Positions 46,724 to 59,257 of a stretch of 64,000 bases of DNA are shown here, in pieces. Both the position numbers and the translations under genes were made by a program. Positions within the stretch are counted from its first letter, which is position 1, and each line of letters begins with the position of its first letter. A model generated the notes under the pieces. The model saw only the letters and a program-made list of their open reading frames with translations. It made no database searches and was not told the DNA's origin. Source of the DNA: Oikopleura dioica (taxonomy: Eukaryota; Animalia; Chordata); the NCBI GenBank assembly GCA_907165135.1, contig OU015568.1, positions 14,136,001 through 14,200,000 on the forward strand, written 5' to 3'.

Positions 46724-49700
46724 TAATTATCATTGTTTGAAAATTATGTTTCCTTTTTAAAACTTGATTATATGAAGATTTGTTCAATATTGCTCCCGTT
46801 AGGAGGCCAATAACTCCATTATTACAGTGCGTATATATAGTATGGAGCCGACATTGATTTTTTCTTCATAAAAGTCTATGTTTTTATACGATAAAATTTA
46901 TTTTCCTGTTGTGTCTGTTGTGTGTGGCTAGGATTGCCAGTTCAGATATTTCTTTATTAATTATTGAGGGCGTGAGGGCGCCACGATCTGGAACAAATCT
47001 CCGAGAACATGTCCGACCACGTGTGCTCAAAGACCCTTTCTTGGATGAATCACGCAAAAAATTATCAGAGACACAGATACCGAAAATACAGAAAAGAAGA
47101 ACTTTCAAGAAAATATCTTCAGAAAAGAAAAAAAAATCAGATTTGGATTTTCCAATTTCTGATAATTCACTTTCCCAAAAGACGTTTTAAACATTCATAT
47201 TTATTTTGCGAGGAGATTAGTATTTTCAATCCCCTCAGAATATATTTTTAAACCCGCGGCGGTTTTAGATAGAAAAATAAGAATAGAATGAAAGCAGCGG
47301 TCATCACTTTCGAGCGTGGCTTATAAATATATCTATTAAAATAATATAATCTATTAAAATATTTTAATAGACAATTAACTTTTCATTAAAATGCGGGTTT
47401 CGCTTTTTAATGAGCTTTCTTTGCGCGTTTGTATGCATAAATCCGCACAAAGGCTTTCTTAACTTGACACTATTGATTGTTCGGTTTTGCTTTTGAACAG
47501 CAGTCTGAGTTTCACCCAAGTAAAGGTGGCTCCGCAAATAAGTTATCTCAGACAACACAGCTTTCTATTCTCCTGGATTGAATATATTGCATTTATCTTT
47601 GATTGAACTGGGTCAGGATGAACTTTGAAGGAATCACTTATTCCACTGTTTTTCCGCGTTAATTAATTTTTAAATCACCTTTGTCTTTATTCTAAAGTTG
47701 GGAAAAGAATCGCAATTTTAGAGATCAATCAGGGTCGTGTCAGAGGAATAAAATTATACACTTTTTCGGATTTGTTATTTTATGACCCGAATAAATAGAA
47801 GAGAAAACATGAAAAGATTTATTTATTCGACAACTGTGGCCTTGTAAATATTTTATTTCATTGACGAAACTTTCAATCTAAATTTAAGACCAAAAAAGTT
47901 TTTCGGAAGAAATCAATTAACATCGTCACTTCAGTGGCGAAATCAAAAATTAATTCGGAAGAACTTCATTTAAAATTAATTTGAACAGTTTAATAGCGAT
48001 AGATTAACCGATCCACTATAATCATCATTATTTTTTTTTGTAGTTCAAGGCGAGGTCCCACGGCATTTAAAGTGGCTGTGAATGCTGTGGAATTAGCCGC
48101 TTTTAGTGGCAATTGTGACCAGCGCAACGTCGTTTACGTCGAAGCGCTTTATTTTACGCACAGACGGAGCTCAACGAGCTAGTTATACTCAGACTTTCCA
48201 CATTTAGAGACACTTTCCCACACGTTTTAAAAGAGAGAAAGAAGTATCCACGTTAATCTTTTATTCTTACGCTTCTTTTTTGCTTGTGAATTTGGCCTTT
48301 GAAAAACCAAAAATTTCGTCTCTTTTTTTTTGAAATTATTTTATTTTAAATTTCTCAAAAGAAAAATTCTCGATTCTTAATTATTAATAGCAATCAATTA
48401 TTTGCCAAAAATTTAGAGTCAAAGTTATCAGATATTCTTTTCATGGAGTTCCATATGGAGTTATCTTCCTAAATATGTAATTTGCGGCTAGTCGCTTACG
48501 TCAGTTTAATCTCCTGCCAAATCCGTTTACAATACCCTCAAATAGTCCTAAAGTCGCTTTCCACCTTTGACTGAACTACTATCATGGTCCTATCGATTCA
48601 TCAGACCGGACAGTGACCTTTTTGACCTTTCGGCTTTTTGAACATTAGCAATGACACTTGCTATTTTGCCCGCTTATTGCCCCCTTAGTCGAGCAATTTA
48701 GACTAGACGTAGAATTATCCAACGATTGCATTTACGCGCAAAGCCCGAATTAGACTCTCGTCCTAAAAATGATTACAACGGGCCTTCTCTTTGGAACGGA
48801 GCGCATCGCACAAAGCTGCGACAAGTATTGATTACAGTAAAACTCACGCCTTAACGAGCACGCTGTATTTATAAACAAGAGAAGGACTTATTTTATAATT
48901 CATCAGAGGAAATACAATCATTTCGGTTTATTGTTAAATACAAAAAGGGGGCGATTGACGAAAAAGAGACGGCAAAAATTGTAAAAATCGCCATTAAAAG
49001 GCAGTTGATACCGAATTTGAAGCCGTGATACTATAAGATCTTACTGGAGCTCAAAGATCTGTCATTTCTATTATTCAGTAAGGAAGGATTTTAGCATCAT
49101 CATCCGCATCGTTCTGAGAATAACACTCAAATTTAATGACGTCGCTTATAAAATTCTGAATTTTAAATTCAGATTAATACCAACAACCCAGGATGTTAAT
49201 AAAATTGATTGGCCCAGGTCAAAAACTACTTTGGATAAAATAATTGATGATGGGAAAAGAGTAGCGCCTTTTGATAAATCGCATGATTCACAACCTGCCA
49301 AAGTTCTGAATCTGTGGAAAATGGCACAATCGTAAAACAAGCTCAAAACTAATAACTAGTTCCCTTTTAGACTGAAATTGGCAAATCAAAAGCGAGAAGA
49401 ATGAAAACACGCCGGATGCATCTAATCTAAAGGTGAGTTTTTTTTATAAATTTTATAAAAGTTTCGATTCGCGTCTTCGTATTTTTGGCTAAAATTGAAC
49501 AAAGCTAACCCCTTTTGTAAAGCCCACCTGTGGTTGATTTTCACTACAGTATTATTTAAACACTATACTTAGCGCTATAAATTTGAAAATTCCTTCGAAT
49601 ATATCGCGAGAGGGATGAAATGTGCGTGCCCTTGGAAACTCTTATTTTTTTATTGTCACCAACAAGGTGGTAACAATTGCTTCCGCCCTAAATTTGTCTT

Positions 49701-50658
49701 AAAAAGCTTAAGATTAATAATAAATTCCAGGATTGAGTGCGACATCAAAATGATTTTCTTTGGTAAAATTAGCCTGAATTTATTGAAAAAAAAGCATATG
49801 AAAGAAAAACTAGCCTGAATAATAGGTTTGGCACCATATTGAGCTGCTGAAAGCTTTTCATCCTGATCTATGCAATCTCGCTAAACACATGTTTAGCTCG
49901 TTTCGTTTCAGGAAATGTACTTGCATCAACAATTGCATAGAACCCTGTTCGTTCGTGGCTAGAAGTTGTTCTTTTGATGAATGATAAAAATCTGGGAAGC
50001 ATAATCCTGAATCGTGAAAAAAAAACAAAAGGCGACTTATCCGCAAATTGTCAAATATAACAGCCAGAATTATGAGCATAATTAATTTTGTACGTCGACA
50101 CTTGGGGCTATGTAGATTTATTATTTACTATAATGCATACGATTGGTTTTTGCGGAACGTTTCTCGCAAGGGGAAATTTACAACATTCATTAACACCTTA
50201 GGTTCAATCACAACACTCGACCCAGAACTTGACCATGATTTATGAGCGGAAACATAAAAAATGCAAAGAAAGACGACATAAAACTGTCAAATTTTGATGT
50301 AATCGAAAAGATATCAGAATGAAACCAAAACCATATAAAGAATAAAGTTTAAAAACACGCTTCTGTGCTAAAGTAGCATCGTTGATAGCCACAATGAGCT
50401 ACATTTACGCGCTTCGACAGCCACAGGCGCTAAGCCCGCTGGGCCGGGCCCGACCCTTCTTCATTTACAGCTGACTGAGGTGGTGAACCCCCCAGCAGTC
50501 AACTGATAATCGTTTTTTAACTGTCCTCCTGGGCTAGCGGTACGTTTTAGTAGTGCTCAGTTTTTACAATTTCCGGCACTCGAAAGAATCGCCGAAACAG
50601 AGATTGCCGACTACCAAAGAGGAGAATTAACTGATAGTTAAGATCCCGGCAGCCGGAA

Positions 50659-53600
50659 ATGAAGTGGCTGAGCATTCTAGCTGCGCTGCTAGCTGCAGTT
50701 ACAGCTCTCCGCAGCGATGTTCCCGAGCACAGATTAGGTGAGTTTAAACCAGAGCATATTGTTTAATAGCATTTGACAGTCGTTGTCATTCACGGTCACA
50801 TTAAGATAATAGGATGCAGCTGTCTGTCACTTTATGAAAAATCAAGTTCCCTACTAATAGTGTCTCTAAGTTAAATCGATTAAACTTGAGTTCAATTTTC
50901 ATAAGCAGACCCCACAGAGCTTAATAGTCGTTGGGCGAAACTTTAAATGCCAATAAAGGCATTTCACAGCATTATAAAGCGTCGAGTGCTAATTCATTTG
51001 CACGACCTAAAGTGATATTACTGTGGGTAGGTAACATCTTCTTAGTGCGACGGCAAATTGACTCGGATGGCGACGGTATCTCAGATGCTCTTGACAATGA
51101 TGACGACAACGACGGTATTCCCGACTCTGAAGAAGACGACGATGGAGATGGAATCCCAAACTCCCAGGATAACGACGACGATGGCGACGGAATCCCAGAT
51201 TTGGAAGAAGATGATGACGGTGACGGAATCCCTAACAGCCAAGACAACGACGATGACGGTGATGGAATTCCCGACTCTCAGGAGGACGATGATGGTGACG
51301 GAATCCCCAACTCCAAGGACAACGACGATGACGGCGACGGAATTCCCGACTCTCAGGAGGACGATGACGGAGACGGAATCCCCAACTCCCAGGACAACGA
51401 TGATGACGGAGATGGAATCCCTGATTCTGACGAAATCCAAGGTAACTTTCATTGGAAAATTTAAAAAATGGTGTTTATTAGACTCCGAATTGACTCCTGC
51501 TGAAAACGCTGCCAAGTGCATGGAGAAACTCGGCACTGACAGCTACGACCTCGCTTTTGCTTTTGATGACGTCAACTGTCCATGTGGAAAGTTCAAACCT
51601 GGCAAATGCAAGACCGGTCTTTTCATCCCAATTTGGACCAACGACAACGTCGATAGTTACGTTTCTCGATGGGTCAGCACCGTTGCTTTTGATGCAAACG
51701 ACGCCCAGTATACCAAGGACAATCCAAACCCCGAAGGTTTCTACTACCTTGGCCAGCCCGAGGATCTTTTCTCTGAAGAGTGCGGAAACCAATTGAGAGA
51801 TTGTGATGCTGAACAGATTGCTGAGATGAAGATTGAGGCTGTCAAGGCTGAAGGTATTCAGTACTCTGACAAGCTCGACAAGTCTGAAGTCTTTGCCCGT
51901 GGTATCGTCTACTTCCTCATTCTTATCTATTTCTTCATTGGTGTCGCCATCGTCGCTGATAAGTTCATGGCTGCCATCGAAGTCATCACCTCCCAGTCCA
52001 AAGAAGTCAAGGTCGTCAAGAACGGCGAAGAGCGAACCATCGAGGTCAAAATCTGGAACGAAACCGTCTCCAACCTTACCCTTATGGCTCTTGGTTCATC
52101 TGCTCCCGAAATCTTGCTCTCCGTCGTCGAGACTGTGGGTGCTGGTTTCGTTGCCGGAGATCTTGGACCTTCCACCATTGTTGGCTCTGCTGCTTTCAAC
52201 CTTTTCATGATTATTGCTATTTGCATGTACGTTATTCCCGATGATGAAGCCCGAAAGATCAAACACTTGCGAGTCTTCTTCGTTACTGCTGCCTGGTCTG
52301 TTCTTGCTTACGTCTGGCTTTACTACATTGTTGTTGCTAACTCTGAGGGTATTGTCGAACCATGGGAAGCTACTTTGACCTTCCTGTTCTTCCCACTCTT
52401 GACCGTCTGGGCTTGGGTTGCTGACAAACGACTTTTGGTCTACGATTATGTCCACAAGAACTACCAGCTCAAGGGCAAGGTCATCAAGGAATACGAAGGA
52501 AACGTAAGTCTATTCTTTTTATTCTCTTAACCCTAACCCTAACCCTAGGATGAGATGGAACTCATGGGTGAAGGTGGCGTTGACAAAGAGAAGCTTCTCC
52601 AGATTCTCCGAGAGATCCGACGTGACAACCCTGACGCTTCCCCGAAGAACTTGAAAAGCTTGCCAACGACAGACTCGTCCGAGCGTAAGTTTCACTTTTG
52701 TCAAACGTATTCCACATTCACATCCACATGGTTCTAACAGCCAAAATGAAATTTGATAAAAATTTCGTTCGCACTTCAAATGATCAATATTCAGAGGAAA
52801 ATAGTATGTAAAATCACAAAAGGACAATATGGTATTTATTACACGTCAAGTAGATTTTTTAACAGAAGAAACATAAAAATGCTCGCGCAAAAATATATTT
52901 TCACTCACACGCTAATTTTTAGCTAGCTTATATGCAGAAATCAGGCGCTTATATCATACACATATAACGGCTAACATATTCATATCCTCGTATTTGTCAG
53001 AGTTTGAAATTTTCGTGACTCGCGAGCGGCTCACTTGAGAGCGAGCGAGCACGAGCATGATGCTCTTCGTGCTCCCGAGCACATTTATTTCAGAGCTCGC
53101 GCTCTTTGCGCTCGCGAGCGCATTTCATTTCGCGCTCTCGCTCTCTTGGCTCTCGAGCACTGGTCGAATTGTGCTCTCGCTCGATCGGCTCTCGAGCTGA
53201 AAAAACTGACTCGCGAGCAGCTTTCAAGGGCCTTAAATGATTCGGCGGCCCCGTGACTAATTCCATATGAGTCCCTGTCACAGGAGTTAGCACCTCGCGG
53301 TGGGCATGTTTTATCTGTTTACTCTCGGCTTTTCGCATTCTGCTGCCGATATTACGGACCTAATGAAGCTTACATAAAACCGCAACAACAAAAATAGATC
53401 CTCAAAGAAATTTATTGATGAAAGTGAATAATTATGCGAAAAAATTGTTCTTTTAATTTTGCTCGCGAGCCGCTCGTGAGTCAATTCCATGGCGAGCACG
53501 AGAGCAGCCGCTCCCGCTCGTCTAGCTCCCGAGCATTTCTGACATTTGCGCTCGTGCTCTCTGCGCTCGCGAGCGGGTTTAAATTTGGGCTCGTGCTCTT

Positions 53601-56224
53601 TCGGCTCTCGAGCTAACTCATTTTCATGCTCCCGCTCCCCTGCTCTCAGAGCAATGATAAATTTTTGCTCTCGCTCTTTTCGCTCGCGAGCATTTGCGAG
53701 CATTTCAAACTCTGGTATTTGTACTTATTTCAATTTCAGTGAGCATAAGTCCCGAGCTTTCTACCGAATCCAGGCTACTCGAAACATGACTGGAGGTGGA
53801 GACATCATCAAGAAGGGTATGGACAAGGTCAACGACGCCAAATCTATGGCTGGTGACACCATTTCTGCTGTTGTTGGCGACGGAGATTCCGACCCAACAA
53901 TGAACCGAGTCCAGTTCAAGCCCAAGGACTACCGAGTAAGTAAATTACTCATTCTTCGACAAAAACTCCCTTGGCAGTAGATTTACAGCTCGAGACTTTC
54001 ATCATGACGCCAGAGCAGCTTATCTCTATCAAACAGCTCGCTCGGGTGGCAATACTTTTGATGAAATACACAAATGAACGAAATTAGCACCCAGCTAGTG
54101 GTCACTGTTTAATTAATTTCTGATGACTCTTTCAGGTCATGGAAGGTTGCGGTGGTGCCGTCCTCACCATCTGCCGCGATGGTCCCGATATGGACAAGAC
54201 CGTCTTTGTCGACTACAAGACTCTTGATGGTTCCGCATCTGCCGGTGCTGATTTCGAATACACTGAAGGCACTCTTTGCTTCAAGGTAATTAACTTTCGT
54301 TTGCATCAAGCAAAGAAAACAGTAGTAACTCTTTTTCAAAGTTGTTTCTCATTGAACCGGCCGAGATCTTTCATATTAATAAACTAATTAATATTATTAG
54401 CCCGGAGAGACCAGCCACACTGTTACTGTTCCAATTATCGACGATGAAGTTTTCGAAGAAGATGAACATTTCCTCATGATGCTTTCTAACCTCAGGTAAA
54501 TCAATTTTCACTTTATTATTGAAGAGTTCCCTCTCGACCATGAATAACTTGAATTGATAGAGTTGTCGATGGAGCTGGTGCTCTCCAGACTCGAGGAGGT
54601 GTTGCTACTAAATTCGAAATTGGCAAGAACCGAACTGCTACTGTCACTATTCTTGATGACGATCACCGGGGTAACTTCTCCTTCGAAGAAACCACTATGT
54701 CCATCGACGAGGGTATCGGCTGTGTCAGCATCTCTGTGAGTCTCCGTCATGTGCTTCTGAGTCCTGAAAAAGTAATCTAGGTTGTCCGAAAATCTGGTGC
54801 TCGAGGTGAAGTCTACGTTCCATTCCGAACTGTTCCCGACACTGCTGAAGCTGGCCGAGATTTCGAATCTCTCGAAGGCGAGCTTCTCTTCGAAGACGAA
54901 GTCACTGAGTATGTTATATTTTTGATTCTTGAAATTATTTTTATTTTAGGAAAACCATCACTATCAACATTATCGATTGCGAAGAGTACGAAAAGGACAA
55001 CAAATTCTACGTCGAGCTTGGTGAACCCCGAGTTGCCCCCGCTGAGAAAGAATTCTACGCTATTGTAAGACAATTATCAGAATATCGCTTTTTGAGAAGA
55101 ACCTTTAGCTCGAGAACCGATCTGGATCCCTTACCGAAGAACAAATTAAGGTCGCCATGCAGGGTCGACCTCGAGTTGATGAGGACGCCATGCGAATCGA
55201 AGTTGGCATTGTTGCTTCTCCCGCTTTCAAGGTATTTTATTAACAATTAAATCAGAATCTTGATGATTATTTTAGAACGCTGTTGACAAGATGATGCAGA
55301 AGCAGGATCTTACTGTTCTTGTTTCCACTGGATCCTGGGCTGAACAGTTCACTGAAGCGTTGACCGTTTCTGCCGGTAATTTGGCGCTTTTTGAAGTCTT
55401 TTAAATTTTTTACAGGTGATGATGATGATGAGGACTCCGATGCTGAGCCAGGCCTTAGCGACTACATCATGCACTACCTTACTCTTCCATGGAAGGTATT
55501 TTTGATCCCTTTTTTAACATGATTCACTCTTTTTAAGCTTATCTTCGCATTTGTTCCCCCAACTGATTACTTTGGTGGATGGGCTTGTTTCGTCGTTTCG
55601 ATCATTGGAATTGGTGTTATGACTGCCGTAAGAAACTGAACTTATTTTCACGAACGTTATTTTTATATTTAGTTCATCGGTGACTTCGCTTCTCACTTTG
55701 GTTGCACTGTTGGTGTCACTGATGCTGTTACTGCCATTTCATTCGTCGCTCTTGGAACTTCTGTCCCTGGTAAAAGCTTATTTTTCATAACAGAGGAGTA
55801 ACGGCGTTTAAGATACTTTTGCCTCTAAAACCGCAGCCATCGGTGACGATACTGCTGATGCCTCTGTTGGAAACGTCACTGGCTCCAACGCTGTCAACGT
55901 TTTCCTCGGTATCGGTATCGCATGGACCATGGCTGCCTTCTACTGGTCCGGCCGAGACGGCAAGATCGGTCTTGAAGTCACCCCCGGTACTCTTTCCTTC
56001 TCCGTCGTCATCTTCTGCGTTGAGGCTCTTCTTGCAATTGCCCTCCTTCTCTTCAGACGACGATACGGTACGAGATAATCCTCAATACCATCTTTCTAAA
56101 ACTGTTTTCAGGTGGTGAATTGGGTGGTCCCCGCGGCCTCAAGATCGCATCCTCCGCATTCTTTGTCTTCCTGTGGTTCTTCTATCTCGGAGCTTCCATT
56201 GCCAAGGCCTACTGCTATATCTAA
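50659..56224 (+). CDS. SLC8A (NCX): Na+/Ca2+ exchanger with an extended extracellular N-terminus
   Basis: Signal peptide; GVAIVADKFMAAIEVITS, NETVSNLTLMALGSSAPEILLS (alpha-1); KSRAFYRIQATR; two Calx-beta domains; ALGTSVPDTFAS, NVTGSNAVNVFLGIG (alpha-2); GGELGGP...YCYI* at 56224. Apparent -1 frameshift at C-run 52640-52643. Confidence 0.95.
51060..51434 (+). repeat. Coding tandem array of ten TSP3-like DxDxDGIP(D/N) Ca2+-binding motifs (75-bp period)
   Basis: Five 25-aa dyads of the type DDDGDGIPNSQDN + DDDGDGIPDSQE, in NCX exon 2 with in-phase splice sites. Confidence 0.88.
52528..52548. repeat. Short telomere-like (TAACCC)3 at the 3' end of an NCX intron
   Basis: taaccctaaccctaaccctag; the final AG is the acceptor of intron 52504-52548. 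Confidence 0.6.
52998..53714. mobile_element. hAT-type non-autonomous element in an NCX intron
   Basis: 13-bp TIRs CAGAGTTTGAAAT / ATTTCAAACTCTG; exact 8-bp TSD GTATTTGT (52990-52997 and 53715-53722); GCTCGCGAGC-rich subterminal repeats. Confidence 0.88.
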
Positions 56225-57449
56225 ACGCCAAACCTTCAAAATCAGAAATGGGAAGCATGGCGTATTCCTCTTTGTCTTCTGTTCAAACGCCAGAACATTC
56301 ACCTCCGCGTGATTTAAATATATTTATCAATATCGCCTAAAAATAACGACTACTCTAAAATTACTGTACTCGAGCCTTTTACAGTTTGTACCTCTGCTTA
56401 TTCTCGCTTGAGCCGAATCCTAACTGAACCCCAATCTTGAAAACCAAACCCAAAAAAATACTAGTGCACCAACAGAACTTTGTCCATAAATAATGTTCTG
56501 TTAGGCTACTCTGTTCACTGTACAAAATTATAAATACTACTGAGCTTCTTTTTCCAGATGCGGTACCAATCAGATTATTTATTAGTTAAAAATTATGTAT
56601 GAATTATTATAAATAAACGAAAACCTTTCCCTTCAAAGATTTTGTTTCAATTTTTTCATAAAGAGAGCGATGAAATTTCAGTCAATGATCAATTACTTTC
56701 ACGATGATCCACGATGGACCATCGTCGATGGTGAATCTCGAAAAATCATCGTGGATATAAAATGAGTGGCTTTTGCTGGACAAAACTCATTTCGATGATT
56801 GCTGATTTTGAAACAGGGGTGGATATTTTGATATCAAATCATTATTTCAACCGTTTTTGATTTGAAATTTCAAAAGATAAGCCTTTTTTCAATTCATTTT
56901 CGCAATTGCAAATTCATTTCAAATGATAATGGCGCGGAGCCTTTTTTGAAATTTTCAACTGTTTCATTTTGCATTTTGCGAAAGGGTTTCAAATCTGGAC
57001 AGATTTTTTCAATCTTTTTTCATTTTTCAAATCAATTTCAAATTTCTGAGCCTTGGAGGACACTGGAGGACACAATGCGTTGAAGAGGTATAAAAAGTGA
57101 AGTTGGACTCATAAATTATAGAAAAAAGGAAAATTTTCTTCAAAGGTACCAATTTTTGGTCGGCTTCCCGAACTTTGTACCACCTCCTAGACCCCCAGGG
57201 ACAAGGAATTCTTGCGCTCAAAATTACCGTCATAGCCTGGGCTACACACTTGGACATGTGGTGGCACCAGAGTTGCAAATTTGCGTAGCGGAGATAGCTA
57301 CGGGAAAAATACTTTTGGCTCAGCTACAGTGAAGAAAATTCTGACCAGCTCCGCTATCTAAGCTCAGCTACTGATATTAAAATTAAGGCCCTTTTCTGTG
57401 TGAAAAAAGGCCCTTATCTGTGTAAAATAAATCCTTAGTCAGTGTAAAT

Positions 57450-57940
57450 CAGAGTTCCAAATTTGGTGAGCTGAGTGAGCTGAGTAGTCGCTCAGCTCAC
57501 TGATTTTGGAAAATGAATTTATCTGTTCTGCTCAACTCCGCTCAGCTCAGACAAGTACCGCTCGTTCGGACAAATTTTGCATTGTAAAATGTCCAAACGA
57601 CTCTCATCCGTCATTCAGGAATGATAATCGCGGTATTATTCAGCTCAGCTCAGCTCAGCTCAATGATTTTTACACAATTTTACTACTAAAAACAGTAATT
57701 AAACAGCTTAACCCAGCTCACTTAGCTCAGCTCAAATTAGGGTCTGCTCAGTTCAGCTCAGCTCAACTGCCTTAAAAAAAGGTCTGCTCAGCTCAGCTCA
57801 GCTCAATGACCTCTGAAAATGGCTAGCTCAGGTCAGGTCAGCTCAGTCAGCTCCGAAATAGGTCAGCTCAGCTCAGAGAATTTCTCACACAGGGCAGCTC
57901 AGCTCAGCTCAACGAAAATAAAGCCAAATTTGCAACTCTG
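57450..57940. mobile_element. Nested hAT-type MITE rich in CTCAG pentamers
   Basis: TIRs CAGAGTT(C/G)CAAATTTGG; flanks GTGTAAAT / GCGTAAAT (8-bp TSD with one mismatch). Confidence 0.7.
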
Positions 57941-58086
57941 GCGTAAATCACGTCCCTGGCCTTTTCAGCTATTTCAGCTTAGCTACGCTTAATTAAATTT
58001 GCAAGTCTGTACCTACAGTAACCCTAAATAACCCTAGCCTGTCCCCCTCGGGTAAGTTTCTTCCGTCATTTTGCCCAGTGCCCGCT

Positions 58087-59257
58087 CAGTGTTTGAAAAA
58101 TGGTCGAAACTAAGATGAGCGAGTGAGCGCGAGCAGAGCCCCCCTGAAATTATTTTGTCAGTGAGCCAGCGCGAGCGAAGGTTCACCGATTTTAACGTGA
58201 GTGAGCGAGCAGAAGCTCCAAAATTTTTTCATGAGTGAGCGAGCACGAGCGCTCACTCGTGATGATTTAACACTGAAATTTTCATGTCCCCAAAGATTTT
58301 TGATACACAATTCTAAAAAAATTTTGAGTTATTCAAGCCTTTATATAGGCCATTTTGGCAAAGATGTTGACTTCAAGCCGAAATTTTCGCCAGCTCTACT
58401 ACGCTTAGCTAAACTTTCCTCTCAATTCCGCTATCTAAGCTCAGCAACTGCTATTTAAAAGGATAAGGCCCTTATCTCCAGAGTTTGCTTTATTATTACT
58501 GAGCTGAGCTAAGCTGACCTGAGTAAAAATTTCTCTAAGCTGAGCTGACCTATTTCGGAGGTGACTGAGCTGAGCTCAGCTCAGCAGACTTTTTAAGGTA
58601 GTTTAGCTGACCTGAACTGAGAGGACCCTAATTAGAGCTGAGCAGAGCTGTTTTTACTGTGTTTTAAGAACTAAAATTGTGTTCAAATCATTGAGCTGAG
58701 CTCAACTAACTCAAAAGAAAAAATCCCGCATTTCCCGTATTCCTGAATCTGCAGCAGTGTCTGAAAAATGGTGAGCGCGAGCCACGAGCGAGCGCGAGCG
58801 AGTGAGCGAGCGCTCCTTCTCACTCACTCATGTGATTTCGAGAAGCCTATGCTCGCGCTCGCTCACTCACCATAAAATTCAAAGTTCCCTGCTTGCGCTC
58901 ACTCGCGCTTGCTCACAGTTAATCCACCCCCAAGACAGAGTCATTAAATAATCATGAAATTTATCTGGATTTTATCTTTTACTCCCGTTAGAGTACTCAA
59001 TATTTATTTATTATATTTAGAAGTCATTCAAAGAACTAAATCAAAACGTTGTTGAAAAGCTGCGAGTGAGCGCAAGCGAGCGAGCGAGCGCTCATGCTCG
59101 CTCACTCACAGAAAAATTCCGGTATCTGCGCTCGCGCTCGCTCGCTCACGAAAAATCAAAAGGGTCTACTCGCGCTCGCTCACTCATGTTAAAAATCTGG
59201 GGGCCTCTGCTCGCGCTCACTCACTCACGAAAGTTTTGGCCATTTTTCAAACACTCG
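58087..59257. mobile_element. Nested element or elements with long GAGCGAGC-rich inverted termini
   Basis: CAGTGTTTGAAAAATGG at 58087 (variant at 58755) and CCATTTTTCAAACACT at 59240-59256; termini are similar in inverted orientation over roughly 100-170 bp; no TSD identified. Confidence 0.6.

Noticed and set aside
51058-51464. T/M-rich N-terminus of ORF 51058..52530
   Set aside because: Off-frame reading of the Asp-rich repeat exon; the real frame switches at intron 51442-51482.
52528-52548. Chromosome end or large interstitial telomere
   Set aside because: Only three units, embedded in a functional intron.
53035-53980. R/A/E/S-rich ORFs inside the NCX intron
   Set aside because: By-products of GCTCGCGAGC repeats in the hAT-type element; no transposase motifs.
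57500-57910. CRISPR-like array or satellite of GCTCA units
   Set aside because: Irregular pentamer runs with no fixed repeat-spacer period, bounded by TIRs and a TSD in a eukaryotic genome; these are MITE subterminal repeats.
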